From the NCBI GenBank assembly GCA_037441905.1, contig JBBIRF010000002.1, positions 85,806-149,805 on the forward strand: DNA of 64,000 nt, in the 5' to 3' direction. How positions within the stretch are numbered: the stretch's first letter is position 1; each line of letters starts with the position of its first letter. The position numbers were made by a program, and so were the translations under genes. Under the pieces are notes generated by a model. It did no database searches, had not been told where the DNA came from, and was given only the letters and a program-made list of their open reading frames with translations. This stretch comes from Candidatus Aminicenantes bacterium. Its GTDB lineage: Bacteria > Acidobacteriota > Aminicenantia > Aminicenantales > CALLJL01. Of this stretch, positions 38,221 to 48,184 are shown in pieces.

Positions 38221-40170
38221 ATGAAAAGGAGGGTTTTTCATCTAATCTTGGGTTTGACCCTTCTTGGTCTGTTTTCTATCTACCTCTCCGCCGGGCAGAA
38301 AAACTATAAAATAGTTGGCTACGAAGAAGATTTTTATTTTGGCCATATAACCTACGTCGAAATGCCTGAATCCGGGAACTCACCCGTGATTATAAGAGCC
38401 GGTCGGGAAGCGGCAGAAGAGGCCGTGCTCAATGTCCCCATCATTCCCGGAGACGTGATTATGTCTCAGGACGGCCGCGTTGAGTTGCAGTTCGACAACG
38501 GGACAATAGTTCGGCTTGATAAAAACACGGAGATAAAGGTAGAAACTATCCTGGCCCCTTCTTTGAGCTCGATGAAGAAGGTTTCAAACTTAGTCCTGTC
38601 AAAGGGAAGAGCTTATTTAATGTATAAACGGTATGATTCTTTTGAACTCTTTCAAGTCATCACTCCGCAAACTGCAGTCAAGTTAGACCATCATGCGGTG
38701 GCCATGCTCCAGGTGGCGGAAGACGGAAGGACAGAAGTTGCCGTCCGGAACCAGAAAGCCTATTTAATGACGGGGTCGGGTGGTCCCAAGAACCGGCTGG
38801 AAGAGACCGTCGTGGAGAAGGGGAAAAAGGTTGTCGTGAAATCCACGGGCGAAGTTCAGCTGGGCGACTATGCGGCAACGGATGATTTCTTGGCCTGGAA
38901 TGAGGAGATTAACGCCAATTTCGACTTTTATCATGAAGCGAGCGTCCTTCCCCAGCCGTTGCAACACTTGCCGCCCGCGGTGTTTTACTTCGCCCAGAGA
39001 TACGGCTCGGTTTATGGAGAATGGGTCTGGCACGACCTTTACGGGTACGTGTGGAGGCCTTTCTATAACGATTATTATCCCTGGGGCACATGGCAGCCTT
39101 TTTACCACGGCCGGTGGTCTTTTATCGGCGGCAGCCTTTTCTGGATTCCCGAAGAGCCGTGGGGCTGGGTTCCGTACCATCTCGGCCTCTGGGTGTGGGA
39201 TAAGAACAAAGGCTGGGTTTGGATTCCAGGTTCATTTTTCGCCCCGGCTTGGGCGGTCTGGGACTTTTACTTCGGATATTATGCCTGGCGGCCGTGGACT
39301 TTATACGATTGGTATTTAGGCACCACTTTTGGTCCCTATGGGTATAATTACTCTCTTGGTTCCTATTACGCCTATTTCTACTCCCAGCAAGGAAGCGATG
39401 TTTCCACCAGGGAAGTGCTGAACAAGGTCCGGAAAGACCAGTTAAAACGCTCTTCTTCCAGCCAAAGAGTTCCGGTTCCGAAGGAGTTGAAAAAGATAAC
39501 GGACGCTGTCCTTCGGGAGTTAAACAAGGGCAATCCCGAGGCCGTCGAGTTGCTGCGTCGTTCAGTTACGGGAATGCTGCTGGTGAAGAAGGACGAGGTC
39601 AGCCCGAATCTTCCTAAGGAAAAAATCCTTCGGTTCGGCGAGGCGGTCGAGAGGGGAAATATCGCTTTATCGCCCGCTCCTGGGGCGCAAAGGCGGGAGA
39701 CGATGACCCTCCCGAGAGAGTTCATTAACCCCGGGGGGAAAATAGATGCTCCGGTTAAGATTATAAGGGACGAGGGCCTTTCCGAAGCCAAAGAGATTTC
39801 TTCCCGACCGGGTTTAAGAGACATCTCCCCGGCTGAAAAAAAGCTCTCTTTTAGCGAGCGGCGGGCGAGGGTGGCTGATTCGAATCCCGACTTTCGAGTG
39901 GCTTTTCGTTTTGGGGTCCAAATTACTTATGACAGCCAGCGGAATGAGGTTCGTTGTCCGGAGCTCAACCTCGGGTCGCGCGACCGGAGCTATTTTCGCG
40001 CCTGGGGGCCTGGACCTGGCGGAAGTCTTTCCATCCCGGCCAATCCTTTCGCGTCAGGCGGAATGACGGGGCCGAGTTCCGGTTCTTTTTCCGGCGGAGA
40101 GGCCCGGGCGTCGAGCGGAGCTTCGGGTCGAGAAAATAGCGGTGGCGGCCGGACTGGAGAAAAAAGATAA
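38221..40170 (+). CDS. Secreted protein with an N-terminal FecR-like domain, a Trp/Tyr/Phe-rich repeat region and a Gly/Ser-rich disordered tail
   Basis: A signal peptide MKRRVFHLILGLTLLGLFSIYLSAG is present, and a FecR-like segment DGRVELQFDNGTIVRLDKNTEIKV follows. A ~130-aa stretch has about 20 Trp in imperfect (E/G)WVW and PWGW repeats. A GGAGGTG RBS is upstream. Confidence 0.7.
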   Translation: MKRRVFHLILGLTLLGLFSIYLSAGQKNYKIVGYEEDFYFGHITYVEMPESGNSPVIIRAGREAAEEAVLNVPIIPGDVIMSQDGRVELQFDNGTIVRLDKNTEIKVETILAPSLSSMKKVSNLVLSKGRAYLMYKRYDSFELFQVITPQTAVKLDHHAVAMLQVAEDGRTEVAVRNQKAYLMTGSGGPKNRLEETVVEKGKKVVVKSTGEVQLGDYAATDDFLAWNEEINANFDFYHEASVLPQPLQHLPPAVFYFAQRYGSVYGEWVWHDLYGYVWRPFYNDYYPWGTWQPFYHGRWSFIGGSLFWIPEEPWGWVPYHLGLWVWDKNKGWVWIPGSFFAPAWAVWDFYFGYYAWRPWTLYDWYLGTTFGPYGYNYSLGSYYAYFYSQQGSDVSTREVLNKVRKDQLKRSSSSQRVPVPKELKKITDAVLRELNKGNPEAVELLRRSVTGMLLVKKDEVSPNLPKEKILRFGEAVERGNIALSPAPGAQRRETMTLPREFINPGGKIDAPVKIIRDEGLSEAKEISSRPGLRDISPAEKKLSFSERRARVADSNPDFRVAFRFGVQITYDSQRNEVRCPELNLGSRDRSYFRAWGPGPGGSLSIPANPFASGGMTGPSSGSFSGGEARASSGASGRENSGGGRTGEKR

Positions 40171-40446
40171 ACTCAAGGTCAAAAGATAAAGCTTAGATTT
40201 AGAGAGCTAAAGCCAGAAATTTTAATCTTGCTACTTGCCGCCAGTTTAATTAATAATTCCGAGACCTACCAGACCAAAGAACTTTCTCCGCAAAATAGCC
40301 GCTCCCCGGAAAGACTGGAAGGACGAATTATCTTGAAACAATATTCTCGGGTTCAACCATCCAAGCCTTGAAGCCAAGCCGGAAAAACCTAAGCTGAAGA
40401 AACGCTCTAGAAGACGCCTCTTCCGGTAACGGAATGTTTTTTTCTT

Positions 40447-41793
40447 TTAAAATATTAATCGCCGGGCGAAAAAAACAGGAGAGGCGAGAAGAAGCTGGAA
40501 AGCCTCGATTTCCGCCTGAAACCGTGGCTTATATTTTTCTGGCAGGGGGGACGCCGGCTCAAACCTCCAGGCAAGTGGGTTGATATACCTCCCTCGGTAA
40601 AGAATTCGATAATCGAGGTGGGGTCCGGTAGATTCGCCGGATGAGCCCACATACCCGATGACTTCTCCGGCGGTTACTTTAACTCCCAGCCTTATCCCGG
40701 GAGCCAGCCGGGAGAGGTGGAGATACATTGTTTCATAGCCTTTAGGGTGGCGGAGGTGAATCATCCGGCCAGAAGCGCCGTTCCAGCCGGCGGAGCGAAC
40801 CACTCCGTCAGCCGTCGCTTGAACGGGCGTCCCGACTGGAGCGGCATAGTCGACTCCGTAGTGGGGCCGGTATACTTTACGAATCGGGTGAAGCCGACGA
40901 TAGCTGAAACGGGAAGTAATGCGGCCGTACTTGAGCGGTGAGCGCAGGAATTCTTTCCGCAATGAATTTCCTTCGGCATCAAAATAATCAACCCGACCAG
41001 TATCGGGAAAGACGAAACAAAAGGCCTGGTATTTTTTTCCCTGGATGTTTACTTGGGCGGCCAGGACTCGTCCGTATCCAGCGAACTTCCCGCGCCAAAA
41101 TTTCTTCTCATAAACAAGCGAGAAGGAATCGCCGGGTCTTAAATCAAGATAAAAATCAATCTCCCAGGAAAAAATTTCTGCCACCTCAAGAGCAAGGGCA
41201 TCCCCTTCGCCCAGCTGGTTAAAAGCCGCGATTAGGCTGTCGCGGATTTCTCCCGCCAGGTAAGCTATTCTGGTTTCATAAGGGATGGTCTCGACAGAGG
41301 CCACAAAGCCGCCGTCCCTTTTTTGCACCTGGAGATAATTCGTCGGGTCAATCTCGTAAGTTAAGGAATGAAATAACCCGTCCGAGGTTTTGACTACCAG
41401 GCTGTTGCCTGCTCTGACCTTGGTCAGGTCGTAAGTGGCCGCCGTAGCTTCCAATAATTTGTAAACAGAATCAACCGAGCCGAAAAAAGGCAAGAGCAAA
41501 TCAGTAATCGTTTCTCCCGACCGGATGCGGATTGAGACCTCTTTTAGTTCAGGCTGGTCGGAAGAAATCTCAATATTTTTTTCCTCTGCCGAACTACTCC
41601 GGGTGCCTTCTCGGCGGGGAGCCATGCCCGGTTTAATTTGCCAAAGGAGGAAAAGAACGATGAAACCAAAACTAAGGCTCAGAAGGAAGATTTTTATTCC
41701 TCTGGGTAAGGGCTTTTTCTGGACTCGCAGGATAACCTTTGGTTTCTCTGTTTGGTGTTTGGCTGCCGGTTTACCCGAAACGCGCCTCGTCAT
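40447..41793 (-). CDS. M23-family metallopeptidase (murein endopeptidase-like), membrane-anchored
   Basis: The motifs HYGVDYAAPVGTPV and GESTGPHLDYR are the HxxxD and HxH zinc-site motifs of the M23 family. An N-terminal TM segment is present. Confidence 0.8.
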   Translation of the reverse strand: MTRRVSGKPAAKHQTEKPKVILRVQKKPLPRGIKIFLLSLSFGFIVLFLLWQIKPGMAPRREGTRSSSAEEKNIEISSDQPELKEVSIRIRSGETITDLLLPFFGSVDSVYKLLEATAATYDLTKVRAGNSLVVKTSDGLFHSLTYEIDPTNYLQVQKRDGGFVASVETIPYETRIAYLAGEIRDSLIAAFNQLGEGDALALEVAEIFSWEIDFYLDLRPGDSFSLVYEKKFWRGKFAGYGRVLAAQVNIQGKKYQAFCFVFPDTGRVDYFDAEGNSLRKEFLRSPLKYGRITSRFSYRRLHPIRKVYRPHYGVDYAAPVGTPVQATADGVVRSAGWNGASGRMIHLRHPKGYETMYLHLSRLAPGIRLGVKVTAGEVIGYVGSSGESTGPHLDYRILYRGRYINPLAWRFEPASPLPEKYKPRFQAEIEAFQLLLASPVFFARRLIF

Positions 41794-42535
41794 TAGTGCT
41801 TCTGGCGGCTAAAATTTTTCTTGTCAGGCGCCAGGCTTCTTGGAGCGGTCCCGAAGCCACGTTGGCTGAAGCCAGAATTAACAGAGTTAACTCTGGATAA
41901 AAGTAGAGCCCACCGACTATAGAGGCTAACAGGAGACCGTGCGGCAGGCCAGGCCGGCGCCAGAAACGATGGCTCAAGAAGTTGGGATAGCGAATCCGGC
42001 TAATCATCAGAAAGGCCACGAGGATAACGGCTGAGGATAATAAATAATGATGATAGAGGAAAGAGGCGGCTGATTGAGAAAAGTTAAGAATTAAAGAGAC
42101 GATAAAAACCGCGGCGGAAGGAACAGTTAGCCCGAGGTAGTTTGCCCTATCTTTATGTTTCGTCTGCAGGACATTGTACCGGGCCAGGCGCCAAAGCCCG
42201 GCTGCCATGAAGATGAACCCCAGGGCAGGGCTCAGGTGGCCGAAGTCTTTTTCTGTCGAGAGGGCGGTTAAAATAGCGGTCGATGTGGCAAAGGAAACAG
42301 CGTCGGCCAGAGAATCAAGCTCCACTCCAAAAGCCGAATTGGTTCTGGTTGCCCGGGCTATCAGGCCATCAAGCCCGTCTAAGACGGCGGCGGTGACGAT
42401 CAGCCAGCCGGCGAGACGAAAGTCGGCGCGGACCGTGGCGAAGATGCTCAGAAAGCCGAGGGAAAGATTGAAGACGGTCAGGGCCGACGGAAGGGCGAAA
42501 ATCGGCATCTTTACGCTGAGCTTCTTAGGTTTCAT
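41771..42535 (-). CDS. pssA: CDP-diacylglycerol--serine O-phosphatidyltransferase (CDP-alcohol phosphatidyltransferase family)
   Basis: The motif DGLDGLIARATRTNSAFGVELDSLADAVSF is the CDP-OH P-transferase signature D-G-x2-A-R-x8-G-x3-D-x3-D. Confidence 0.8.
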   Translation of the reverse strand: MKPKKLSVKMPIFALPSALTVFNLSLGFLSIFATVRADFRLAGWLIVTAAVLDGLDGLIARATRTNSAFGVELDSLADAVSFATSTAILTALSTEKDFGHLSPALGFIFMAAGLWRLARYNVLQTKHKDRANYLGLTVPSAAVFIVSLILNFSQSAASFLYHHYLLSSAVILVAFLMISRIRYPNFLSHRFWRRPGLPHGLLLASIVGGLYFYPELTLLILASANVASGPLQEAWRLTRKILAARSTNDEARFG

Positions 42536-43164
42536 GGGCGGTTACTTTCAGCCAACATGGTTAACCCCGCCTTGACCTTTTGGCTAAGGCTTACTTTTAA
42601 AGCATAAGTTGACGGAAAAGAAATTTCAACTCGCGAACCAAAGGCCATCAGGCCCACCCTTTGCGCCTGCCATACTTTTTCTCCCGGATGGACAAAACAA
42701 AAAATCCGTCGGGCCGCCACCCCGACGACCATTTTTAGTTCAACCTCGTCTTGCTGGCCCTGGATAAACAGAGTTTTCGAGCGGTTCTTGAGGGAAGCCT
42801 CATGCCGGTAGGCTGGAAACGCTTTTCCTGGCTTATCTTCAACCCTAATTACGGTTCCATCAAGAGGCGAGCGGACGAGATGAACATCGAGGAGCGACAG
42901 GAAAATGCTCACGGTGACCGTTGAGCCATTCTTATTTTTTATCTCAACAATTTTTCCATCAGCCGGCGCCAGAAGATGCCGGCAAGATAAAATGACCTTC
43001 CTTTCCGGGTCGCGAAAGAAAAAAACAAGGCCGGCAGTTATTAGGATAAAAAAAACGGCTGCCAGCATGATATGAAAAAGAATGGCTAAGAGGCTAAGTC
43101 CGGCGGCCGGGAGGATGAAACTAAGACCCGGTTTAGCTACCGGAATCCGGAAACGGTCGGTCAA
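42532..43164 (-). CDS. psd: Phosphatidylserine decarboxylase proenzyme (short archaeal/bacterial type)
   Basis: 210 aa with N-terminal TM segments, a short-type PSD core and a GS cleavage-site motif (MAFGSRVEI). Its stop overlaps the pssA start. Confidence 0.7.
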   Translation of the reverse strand: MTDRFRIPVAKPGLSFILPAAGLSLLAILFHIMLAAVFFILITAGLVFFFRDPERKVILSCRHLLAPADGKIVEIKNKNGSTVTVSIFLSLLDVHLVRSPLDGTVIRVEDKPGKAFPAYRHEASLKNRSKTLFIQGQQDEVELKMVVGVAARRIFCFVHPGEKVWQAQRVGLMAFGSRVEISFPSTYALKVSLSQKVKAGLTMLAESNRP

Positions 43165-43258
43165 TTGTTGCCCTTGATTTATTCTGATATTTTATCTGCT
43201 TTATTTCGGCCAGAACCAACCTGCAAGAAAGCAAACGCCTTTAAGGTTTTGGTTATGG

Positions 43259-43858
43259 TCAATTGCTCCCCAGCCGGGTAATCGAGATAATCGTAATGGT
43301 TTCGCGGGGAACATCCCGGTAGCCCCGATAGGTCATGGTTGGCGAATTGGCAATCGCATCCACGACTTCCATTCCTGAGACTACCCGGCCAAAGACAGCA
43401 TAACCAAAGCCTTCTGGCGTGTTGTCCTTGTGGTCAAGAAAAGGGTTATCAACGTGGTTGATGAAGAACTGGCAGGTGGCGCTGTCTACCTCGGATGTCC
43501 GGGCCATGGCGATCGTCCCGCGGGTATTTTTAAGACCGTTAGCAGCCTCGTTCTTAATCGGCGGCTTGGTTGGTTTGGTCGCAAAGTCAGCTGTCAGCCC
43601 TCCTCCTTGAATCATAAAACCCTTGATAACCCGGTGGAAAATCGTACCGTCATAGAATTTTTCGTCAACATAAGAGAGAAAGTTCTTGACCGTAAGCGGG
43701 GCCTTATCGGCAAACAGCTCGAGGACAATGTCGCCCTTGCTTGTTTTCATCAGAACGCGAGGATTCTCGGAAGCTCCGACGGGGAAAAAACCGGTGACGA
43801 GGGCTAAAATCAAAGCGGTTAGCGCTAAGCGCTGGCTCATGCTTGCCTCCTTGGACAA
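43259..43858 (-). CDS. Cyclophilin-type peptidyl-prolyl cis-trans isomerase, secreted
   Basis: The motifs FHRVIKGFMIQGGG and GTIAMAR are present, with a signal peptide. The true start may be the second Met (MSQRLAL...). Confidence 0.85.
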   Translation of the reverse strand: MSKEASMSQRLALTALILALVTGFFPVGASENPRVLMKTSKGDIVLELFADKAPLTVKNFLSYVDEKFYDGTIFHRVIKGFMIQGGGLTADFATKPTKPPIKNEAANGLKNTRGTIAMARTSEVDSATCQFFINHVDNPFLDHKDNTPEGFGYAVFGRVVSGMEVVDAIANSPTMTYRGYRDVPRETITIISITRLGSN

Positions 43859-44045
43859 AATGGCGGGTTAAACGATAACAGATTTGCCAGGATAAAATCA
43901 ACCGTTTTCCGCTCGAAGCAAGCCTTTTTGAATTTCAGCCGGGTTTACCGGCTTAACCGGAAGAAGGTTTGAATAAAACTTTCTCCTGTGTTAAATTTCC
44001 CCACCGAAAATGTGGAAGTCGGTGTTCCTTTAAAAGGAGGCGAAA

Positions 44046-44891
44046 ATGAGAAAAGCCCGTGTTGCGAGCTACGCTCGACGAGCGGTCTGGTTGATTTTCG
44101 GTCTGACTCTTTTGTTATCCCAGGTCCTGGCCCAGGGTCATTTTGAGTTTAACCTCCATTACGGTCGCTGGAGCATGAACCTCCTGCGGCCGATAATCGA
44201 AGATATGTTGAACGAAGCGCTCGAAGAGCACTTGAAAAAGAACTTTCTCGAGGATATCCAGGCTGACCATCCGGAGCTCGTCGAGAAAGCTTACAGCCAG
44301 CAGGTGCGTTTTGATTCGAGCGGCGCTAACTACGGGTTGGAGCTTCGCTGGTATCCAGGAGGAGAGAACGGGTCGTTTAGTCTCGGATTAGCCGTCGAAA
44401 AAACATCGATGAAGGTAGGCCTGCCTGAAGTTTCGGCGGCTTATGAGCTGGAAGAGACCCTGAGCCACCAGAAGGCTGATTTTGCTGGCCGGGCCTCCGG
44501 CGAATTCTTGATTAAACCCCTATCGTTCCATCTTAGTTTTCGCTGGGACATAATTCCTTCGAGCCCCGTTCATCCGTTCCTGACATTCGGCGTGGGCGCG
44601 AGCGGCGGGAGCGCTCTCGAGCAAAGCACGTTGAGTTATAGTTATGAAGGTACCCTCCGGGTCACGGGCAAGCCTGAGGAGGGTTATTCAGGCGGGGAGA
44701 CCAAGACGCTCCAGGAGCTGAAGAGCGAACGCGAGGCCGAAGGTGAAGATTTTCCCCTCCCGGGCTTCTTCCCTTTTATTCAGCTTGATATAGGGTTGAA
44801 AGCAAGGCTTACCCGCAACCTTCATCTGTTAGTGGCGGCCGGGATTTGGGATGGCTTTCTCCTGCGGGGCGGGCTTTCCCTCAGGCTTTAG
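44046..44891 (+). CDS. Hypothetical secreted protein (possible outer-membrane or beta-rich)
   Basis: A signal peptide is present and the rest alternates polar and aromatic residues. No family was recognised. An AAAGGAGG RBS is upstream. Confidence 0.5.
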   Translation: MRKARVASYARRAVWLIFGLTLLLSQVLAQGHFEFNLHYGRWSMNLLRPIIEDMLNEALEEHLKKNFLEDIQADHPELVEKAYSQQVRFDSSGANYGLELRWYPGGENGSFSLGLAVEKTSMKVGLPEVSAAYELEETLSHQKADFAGRASGEFLIKPLSFHLSFRWDIIPSSPVHPFLTFGVGASGGSALEQSTLSYSYEGTLRVTGKPEEGYSGGETKTLQELKSEREAEGEDFPLPGFFPFIQLDIGLKARLTRNLHLLVAAGIWDGFLLRGGLSLRL

Positions 44892-45393
44892 GGCAATCCT
44901 TTTTGGGAATGACTGATTTTCTTCCCGAGAAGCAAGCTGAAAGTTTTGCCGGAGAACGAAAGAACTCCTCGACGGGGTTAACTTTATCAGGGAAAAAAGA
45001 AAACGAACTAATCAAGGGAGGCTCAGGACTGAGCTGTGATTGAAAACTGCGATAAACAAAAATAAAAAAAGGAGCAAACTGAAAATACAGAGAAGATTAG
45101 GATTACCAGAAAAGAAGGGAAAAGAAACAAAAAAACGTCGGGAGGGAAGAGTAAAGAAGGTAGTTTATTTAAAAAATAAGGTTAATAAAATAGGCTTAAA
45201 AAAGTATTATTAAAAAATATGATAAAAAAATTAAAAAGAATCAGGTACTCTGGTTCGAGAGCCGGGAAAACATACGGGGCATAATTTAAAGGCGAATGAA
45301 GATAAAGGAAAATGGCTCAGAAGAAAGACAAAGGAAGGGCAAGAATTTTAGAGATTTTATTCTTGCGATTAAAAAAATAGCCAGGAGGTCAGG

Positions 45394-46923
45394 ATGAAAC
45401 GGCTGGCAAAGGATGGCCTAATTTTTAGTATTTCGATTGTTTCTATATTATTAATAGTGTTTAACGCATCTTTAGGCCAGCAGTCAGCAGCCTCGGCAGC
45501 GGATGAAGCCAAGATCCTCGCGGCCATGCATCAGATTTCCAGCCATAAGTTGCTGGATTATGTTCGCGAGCTGGTTTCGGAAAAATACGGCGGTCGACTT
45601 ACCGGGACAGCGGAGTACCGAGCCTGCGCTGATTGGCTGGTCGGACTCCTGCGAGGCTTTGGCGTGGCCCCGGAAGGTGAAAACGGCACTTATTTTCAGA
45701 ATTACCCGCTTGCGTACACCTTAGTTTTTCCCGGCTGCGAGCTAATCCTACACCTGCCCTACAGGAATGAAACCCTGAAAAAATATTATCGTTATGAGAC
45801 CGAGTTTATTCCGGGAGCTACCTCGGGTTCAGGTGAGGTTACGGCAGAGGTAGTTTATGTAGGGTACGGAGTAACGGCGCCGGAACTCGGCTATGATGAT
45901 TACGCCTCGGTTGATGTCAGGGGAAAGATTGTCCTGATGGAGAGGGAGGTTCCGGTATCGCCCGAGCGCGACCCGGAACTGTTCATGAAGTGGCGGCCGT
46001 ATTCTTTTCACCAGTATAAATTAGAAAACGCCTTTAAACACGGCGCTAAGGGTATGCTGTACAACTACGGCCCGATTTGTAACCCTAATAACGCCTACAT
46101 CGAAGGGTTCATTTACAGCCACGTGGGCGATGCCGTCGTCGCGGATTTGTTCGCTGGGACGGGGAGAAAACATCAGGAAGTTGTCGCCGCCATCGCCAAG
46201 AATCTTAAACCCCAATCTTTCCCGCTGGGCAAGACCGTGACCATCAAGAATGTAACCGAGCATCACCCCGACGGGACCGGGTTTAACGTTATCGGCTTCA
46301 TCCCCGGTGCAGACCCCAAGCTTAAGGATGAGGTTATTATCCTTGGCGGTCATCTCGACCACCTGGGCCGCTGCTGGGAACTAATGCCCGGGGCTAACGA
46401 CAACGCCTCGGCGGTGGCGGTGATGCTCGGCGTGGCCGAAGCTCTCAGCCGTTGCCAGGTAAAACCCGGCCGCTCTATTATGTTCCTCTTTTTTGGTTCC
46501 GAGGAGCAGGGCGTCTTAGGCTCCGAGTACTACCTCGAGCATCCCACCTGGCCGCTGGAAAAAACGGTTTGTGTACTTAACATGGATGGAGTTGGCTGCG
46601 GCGACCGGATAACGGGTCTTTCCGGGAAAAATTTTCCCGCTCTCTGGGATTTCATCGACCGGGCTAACAACCGTTTTATTCATCGGGTCGTGACTCCCCA
46701 GGCCTTTGCCAATTTAGCCCGGCCGCGACTCGACGCCGCCAGGTTCCTCTGGAAGGGAATTCCCAGCCTTTCTTTTAGCGTCTCGGGCGCGCCTTCTTTT
46801 TATCACATCACCAAAGACAGCTTAGAAACGATAACCCCAGAAATCATGGAAGACCTGGCCCAGCTTCTTTTCGTCGCTATCCTCGATATGGCCGATGAAC
46901 CCCAGTTGAATTTTCGCAACTGA
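45394..46923 (+). CDS. M28-family zinc peptidase with PA domain (aminopeptidase-like), secreted
   Basis: A signal peptide and M28 metal-binding blocks GGHLDHLG, NDNASAVA and GSEEQG are present. Confidence 0.75.
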   Translation: MKRLAKDGLIFSISIVSILLIVFNASLGQQSAASAADEAKILAAMHQISSHKLLDYVRELVSEKYGGRLTGTAEYRACADWLVGLLRGFGVAPEGENGTYFQNYPLAYTLVFPGCELILHLPYRNETLKKYYRYETEFIPGATSGSGEVTAEVVYVGYGVTAPELGYDDYASVDVRGKIVLMEREVPVSPERDPELFMKWRPYSFHQYKLENAFKHGAKGMLYNYGPICNPNNAYIEGFIYSHVGDAVVADLFAGTGRKHQEVVAAIAKNLKPQSFPLGKTVTIKNVTEHHPDGTGFNVIGFIPGADPKLKDEVIILGGHLDHLGRCWELMPGANDNASAVAVMLGVAEALSRCQVKPGRSIMFLFFGSEEQGVLGSEYYLEHPTWPLEKTVCVLNMDGVGCGDRITGLSGKNFPALWDFIDRANNRFIHRVVTPQAFANLARPRLDAARFLWKGIPSLSFSVSGAPSFYHITKDSLETITPEIMEDLAQLLFVAILDMADEPQLNFRN

Positions 46924-46957
46924 GCCCAGCCGGCCAATTTTTTTGGGGGAGGAAAAA

Positions 46958-48091
46958 ATGCAGTTTCGCCTGCCGACGGAAATAATATTTGCTTCGGGCG
47001 CCCTAAGCCTCCTGCCTCAGTTAATTAAAGAACGGTTCGAGGCCTCCCGCCCTCTCCTCGTCAGCGACCGCGGGGTAAAAAAGGCTGGCCACGTGGATAA
47101 ATTGCTGGCTCTGGTTGACCCCGTCGCTGTATTCTTGGAGATAGAGGCAAACCCGAAGCACCCGACAATCGACCATCTGGGAGAAAAGGCGCGGGAGCTT
47201 CATCCGGACCTGGTTATCGGGCTGGGCGGGGGAAGCGCCCTTGACGCGGCTAAAGCGATTGCCCTTCTTGTCTCCAACCCGGGAAAGGTCGAAGAATACG
47301 AAGGCAGAGAAAAATTCAAACAGCCGCCAGTGCCGGTCCTGGCCATTCCCACTACCTGCGGCACCGGGAGCGAAGTCACCTGGGTCTCGGTCATTACCCA
47401 TACGGAAAGAAAATTCAAGATGAGCATCAAGGGGAGGGGCCTATTTCCCCGCATGGCTGTTCTTGACCCTGACCTGCTGGCGACTTTGCCTCCGCCGCTG
47501 GTTGCCTCGACCGGGTTGGACGCCCTGACGCACGCAGTCGAAGCGGCCATCGTCAAACCGGCTAACCGGCTGAGCGACATTCTGGCGGCGGAGGCGATAA
47601 AACTTATCCTGAGTTCGCTTCCTCGGGCGTACGCCGATATTAGCGGAGACCGCAAGGCGCGAGAGGATATGCTTTTCGGCAGTATGTTAGCCGGAATGGC
47701 CTTCGGTAATGCCGATGTCGGGGCAGTCCATTGTCTTTCCGAATCGCTGGGGGCTCTTTTTGACATCCCTCATGGAGTGGCCAACGCCGTTTTTCTGGCA
47801 CCTGTCCTGGAGTTCCTGGCTCCCGCAGCCAGGGAAAAACTGGCTTTGATGGCCAAGTTGGCGGGCTTGACGAAGGAAGTTGCGGAAGAGGGAGCGGGGG
47901 TATTTATTAAGAAGATAAAAGAGCTTACGAGGGAAGTAGCCATCCCTTCGCTCCGAGATTTGGGCGTTACCGAGGTCGATTTTCCCGAAATTGCCCGGAG
48001 GAGCGCTGCCAACAACTCCAACCCGTCAAACCCTCTCCCGATGGGGGAAGAAGAGTACATGCATATTTTAAGAAAAACCTGGCAAACATAG
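46958..48091 (+). CDS. Iron-containing (group III) alcohol dehydrogenase
   Basis: The motifs GGGSALDAAKAIA and a downstream HxxxH-containing block match the Fe-ADH family. The ATG at 46958 has a GGGGGAGG RBS. The ORF-track start at 46943 lies inside the RBS. Confidence 0.8.
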   Translation: MQFRLPTEIIFASGALSLLPQLIKERFEASRPLLVSDRGVKKAGHVDKLLALVDPVAVFLEIEANPKHPTIDHLGEKARELHPDLVIGLGGGSALDAAKAIALLVSNPGKVEEYEGREKFKQPPVPVLAIPTTCGTGSEVTWVSVITHTERKFKMSIKGRGLFPRMAVLDPDLLATLPPPLVASTGLDALTHAVEAAIVKPANRLSDILAAEAIKLILSSLPRAYADISGDRKAREDMLFGSMLAGMAFGNADVGAVHCLSESLGALFDIPHGVANAVFLAPVLEFLAPAAREKLALMAKLAGLTKEVAEEGAGVFIKKIKELTREVAIPSLRDLGVTEVDFPEIARRSAANNSNPSNPLPMGEEEYMHILRKTWQT

Positions 48092-48184
48092 ACGACTGGA
48101 GGTCAAATCTATCGAGAAAGAGCCGGCCTCGTGGCCGCGGCCTTAAAGCCTTTTCAGGCAAGGCAGGGCATACGTCCAAGCCCC

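Noticed and set aside
40403-40443. Intrinsic terminator downstream of the aromatic-repeat gene
   Set aside because: Only a weak AT-rich 5-bp stem (GAAGA/TCTTC) and a 3-bp stem precede the T-run, and it lies 230 nt beyond the stop. It is kept as a low-probability possibility, not a feature.
44846-45043. 65-aa ORF reaching into the A/G-rich spacer
   Set aside because: It is a low-complexity translation of a polypurine tract (K/E/G-rich), has no RBS, and starts inside the upstream gene's 3' end.
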